Positions 19,773 to 22,742 of a stretch of DNA of 22,742 nt are shown piece after piece. The DNA comes from Tubiluchus corallicola (taxonomy: Eukaryota > Animalia > Priapulida): NCBI GenBank assembly GCA_030141605.1, contig JAQGDQ010001875.1, forward strand, positions 1-22,742, in the 5' to 3' direction. Numbering within the stretch: the stretch's first letter is position 1; the number at the start of each line of letters is the position of its first letter. Under the pieces are notes generated by a model, which saw only the letters and a list, made by a program, of their open reading frames with translations, was not told the origin of the DNA and did no database searches. The position numbers and the translations under genes were made by a program.

Positions 19773-20903
19773 CTGAAATAAACACATTTGAATTTAAATT
19801 TTATGTGATATTGCATTTTTGTACATGCAGTGCCTAATACAAGCACGTGCCTACAGCACTTTTTCACTTATTCAATCATATTCATTCATTCTAGGCAGCC
19901 ATGTTAATTATCACACTCTCACAGAATTTTGATTTTCAGGAATGCACATAAACTGTATCAAAATCACCACCACAACCATCATCATCATCATCATCGTCAT
20001 CGTCAACACAACCACTAGGAAACCAAACCCACCAAGTGTGTTTATATATCATACAAATTCTGCATCATGTTTTTACATGTTAGTATTCATATTCATATTC
20101 TTAATCATAAAAATTCAATTTATTGTCATCAGTTCATGTCAATACAACCGCTCATCCAAGGAATTATTTAGTTAAACAAATTTAAATTTTCCGTGCACAA
20201 ATATTTGAAAAACGCCTTCTGTGAATGTCAGTGCTTAACATGTCATATACTTGCCATTTAACTTGCAGGAATCACGTATAAATTCTTAACTAGTACTTCT
20301 TTAATAATATTGTTACTATATTATTGCACGTTAATTCTCAAAATTGGTACCGTGTTTAACCAATATTTAGCTTGCTAAGGGATTAATTTGTTTGAGAACT
20401 CTGGTGTTGTATTATTTTATGTTTGCAATTGCCCCATTAGATGTCAATAAAAACAATTTCTGATGCAGCCAACTTATGAGGAAATTCGTAAATAATTAAT
20501 GTGCACATAACCACATTAAATGCAATATACAGTGTGTACACTTATATCTTAGTTTGCTGGGCCTAGCTTTTACGAATGTCGGAAAAATCGAACAAAATCT
20601 GGTGCGTTAAAAAGTTCTGTATATTATGGACACAGTTCATTGTTTCGTGAACTGGCCGCTACTCTATGATTTTCATACGTGTGGAAGTTGTAATTGTACA
20701 TTTTTAATTAGATGCTGCCATCTATGAACTAATCCTGTTACATTCCAACAGCTAACTTTCCCCCAGGATAATTGTACGGTCCAGTGAATGCATATTCACT
20801 GGTTCTCCCCCTATTTTAAAGTAATGGTTTTTGTGAAGCCTTTGCAAGTCTGCATAGCTCACCTATACCTATATATACTGACTGGTTTTACTTTCTAGTC
20901 ACT

Positions 20904-21245
20904 GTCTCACTCTCAGTGTTCAGTGCAGGAGACTCTCATTCTCAGTGTTCAGTGCAGGACTCTCATTCTCAGTGTTCAGTGCAGGACACTCTCACTCTCA
21001 GTGTTCAGTGCAGGACACTCTCACTCTCAGTGTTCAGTGCAGGACACTCTCACTCTCAGTGTTCAGTGCAGGACACTCTCACTCTCAGTGTTCAGTGCAG
21101 GACACTCTCACTCTCAGTGTTCAGTGCAGGACACTCTCACTCTCAGTGTTCAGTGCAGGACACTCTCACTCTCAGTGTTCAGTGCAGGACACTCTCATTC
21201 TCAGTGTTCAGTGCAGGACACTCTCATTCTCAGTGTTCAGTGCAG
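20904..21245. repeat. 29-bp minisatellite, about 12 copies
   Basis: Unit CACTCTCAGTGTTCAGTGCAGGACACTCT, with CAT/CAC variants at the array ends. Confidence 0.97.
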
Positions 21246-21369
21246 CAGTCATTCTACTTATGTGTATGTAGTTTAATAAACACTTTTCTGTGCAAATATG
21301 TAGTATAGTTTTTTATTCTTGTTCTACAAAGTGAGTGATCTACAACTTTAAACATGACTTTCACAATAC

Positions 21370-21620
21370 GTATGTAAGTCACACGGAATACTACCAGATT
21401 ACTGTACAGTATGTAAGTAACACAGAATATTACCAGATTACTGTACAGTATGTAAGTCACACGGAATACTGCCGGATTACTGTACAGTATTTAAGTCACA
21501 CGGAATACTGCCAGATTACTGTACAGTATGTAAGTAACACAGAATATTACCAGATTACTGTACAGTATGTAAGTCACACGGAATACTACCAGATTACTGC
21601 ACACGGAATACTGCCAGATA
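21370..21620. repeat. 39-bp minisatellite, about 6.5 copies
   Basis: Unit GTATGTAAGTCACACGGAATACTACCAGATTACTGTACA at 21370, 21409, 21448, 21487, 21526 and 21565, plus a partial copy. Confidence 0.96.
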
Positions 21621-21812
21621 CCTACACTACCTACTGTACAGTACCTGCATCCGTGGGCATAACAGCAACAGTTAACTAATTAAATATTATGTAAAAAACA
21701 GTAAGAGTTTCAATGGAAACCACTGCACAAGTGATTAAAACTTTGATCTTCTAACAGCAGTTTAATCGACAAAACAGTACAGTACGCACTTGTATCACTA
21801 AAATGTTTAGCC

Positions 21813-22262
21813 CAGGGATGAGAATGACAAATTGTAAAAAACTCTGAAACAGGTGGAGGTTCTGGGGCCACCTAGTCTCCCAATGGAATTCAAGGGGAGC
21901 CAGCAACAAATTGCAATTTTGTGACCATGGAGAGCCTCTAAGTGGACTTAAGATATCAATTACCTTGTTTCATGCATAATTTAAAATAATTGTCAAGCAT
22001 ACATGATACCTAATTGTCTCAAAATTGATACCTAATTGCCTAAGTACTGGCCGCTCCTATGCAAAAGTATATAAAAACAATTGACTCAAATAACTCCGCA
22101 CAATTGATAAAGTGACGGCCTGCCAACTAGCGGTCAGCTTGTGAAATAATGTACTGGGTCCATGAAAATTTTCTCAACGAATTTACGCGATTTACAAAAA
22201 TGGCACTACTGGTCTTCCAAAAACTCCGAATTTCGTGTATCCGCGGAAAATTCTCATACCTG
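21813..22262. mobile_element. Non-autonomous hAT-type MITE, 450 bp, older
   Basis: TIRs CAGGGATGAGAAT / ATTCTCATACCTG (1 mismatch); 8-bp TSD GTTTAGCC (21805-21812) / GTTTAACC (22263-22270). Confidence 0.78.
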
Positions 22263-22742
22263 GTTTAACCCCCAAGAATTCTTGCATAATGACGTGTGGG
22301 TAAGTAACACACATTCAAGACAAAACCACCAGGCCAGCATAATGATTAGCATATGATAAAGCTTGCTCACATGATTGTTTCTACATGTATCCATAGTGCA
22401 CAAAAACCAAGTAAGATGACATAAAAATAGTGAAAGCTCATTGGCCAAATAAAAGTATCTCATTTAAGCATGTGCGGAAAAAATATAGAGACAATTATGC
22501 AGAGTCAATTGCCGGTAGTTTTTACATAGTTTTGCGTAGAAGTGCTAGACGTTTTTGAGACAATTAAGTAATTAATTCTACTTTAATGTGAGTCTAATAC
22601 ACGACATTACTGCAATAGGTCAGTTAAGGCAAATTCGGACCAACTCCCCACTTTTGTCCGACAAACCGAGATATGAGTACATTTCTAGCAATTAGCATGC
22701 TACTGCCTACAAGTGGCAGTCCTGTAGTATAATATAAATGTG

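Noticed and set aside
20781-20802. Hairpin CCAGTGAAT-GCAT-ATTCACTGG
   Set aside because: Short isolated stem with no Helitron CTRR end or other supporting context; plausible by chance.
20904-21679. Repetitive ORFs; 29-bp and 39-bp arrays as a possible CRISPR array
   Set aside because: Head-to-tail units with no unique spacers, no cas genes and a eukaryotic spliced context; the ORFs are repeat artefacts.
19773-22742. FAM76 first coding exon (expected ...ACTKC...LCK)
   Set aside because: No matching minus-strand sequence was found by eye; it presumably lies beyond the window.

Overview
AT-rich, intron-rich animal (probably invertebrate) genomic DNA; almost none of the listed ORFs are real genes. 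Two spliced genes are interleaved. (1) On +, four phase-0 exons encode most of the first calponin-homology (CH1) actin-binding domain of a spectraplakin/plakin (shot/dystonin/MACF1/plectin family): an 18-nt microexon HWRQYK at 2514-2531, then 3815-3904, 5175-5252 and 5653-5745. No CH2 exon is recognisable in the remaining 17 kb. (2) On -, apparently nested inside that CH1-CH2 intron, eight exons (19772 down to 12171) give an 885-nt open frame (294 aa + stop) of a FAM76A/B-family protein. Its first coding exon lies outside the window, and one intron needs a GC donor. The introns hold two hAT-type MITEs with 8-bp TSDs, a tRNA-derived SINE, an internally deleted RTE element, LINE 3'-UTR-like remnants, minisatellites (68, 106, 29, 39 and ~38 bp) and a long (GA)n tract. 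The 68-bp array inverts on itself just downstream of the FAM76 stop. Family assignments come from remembered sequences, not database searches. I found no evidence of a wholly new biological system; the most notable items are the nested-gene architecture and its splicing features.
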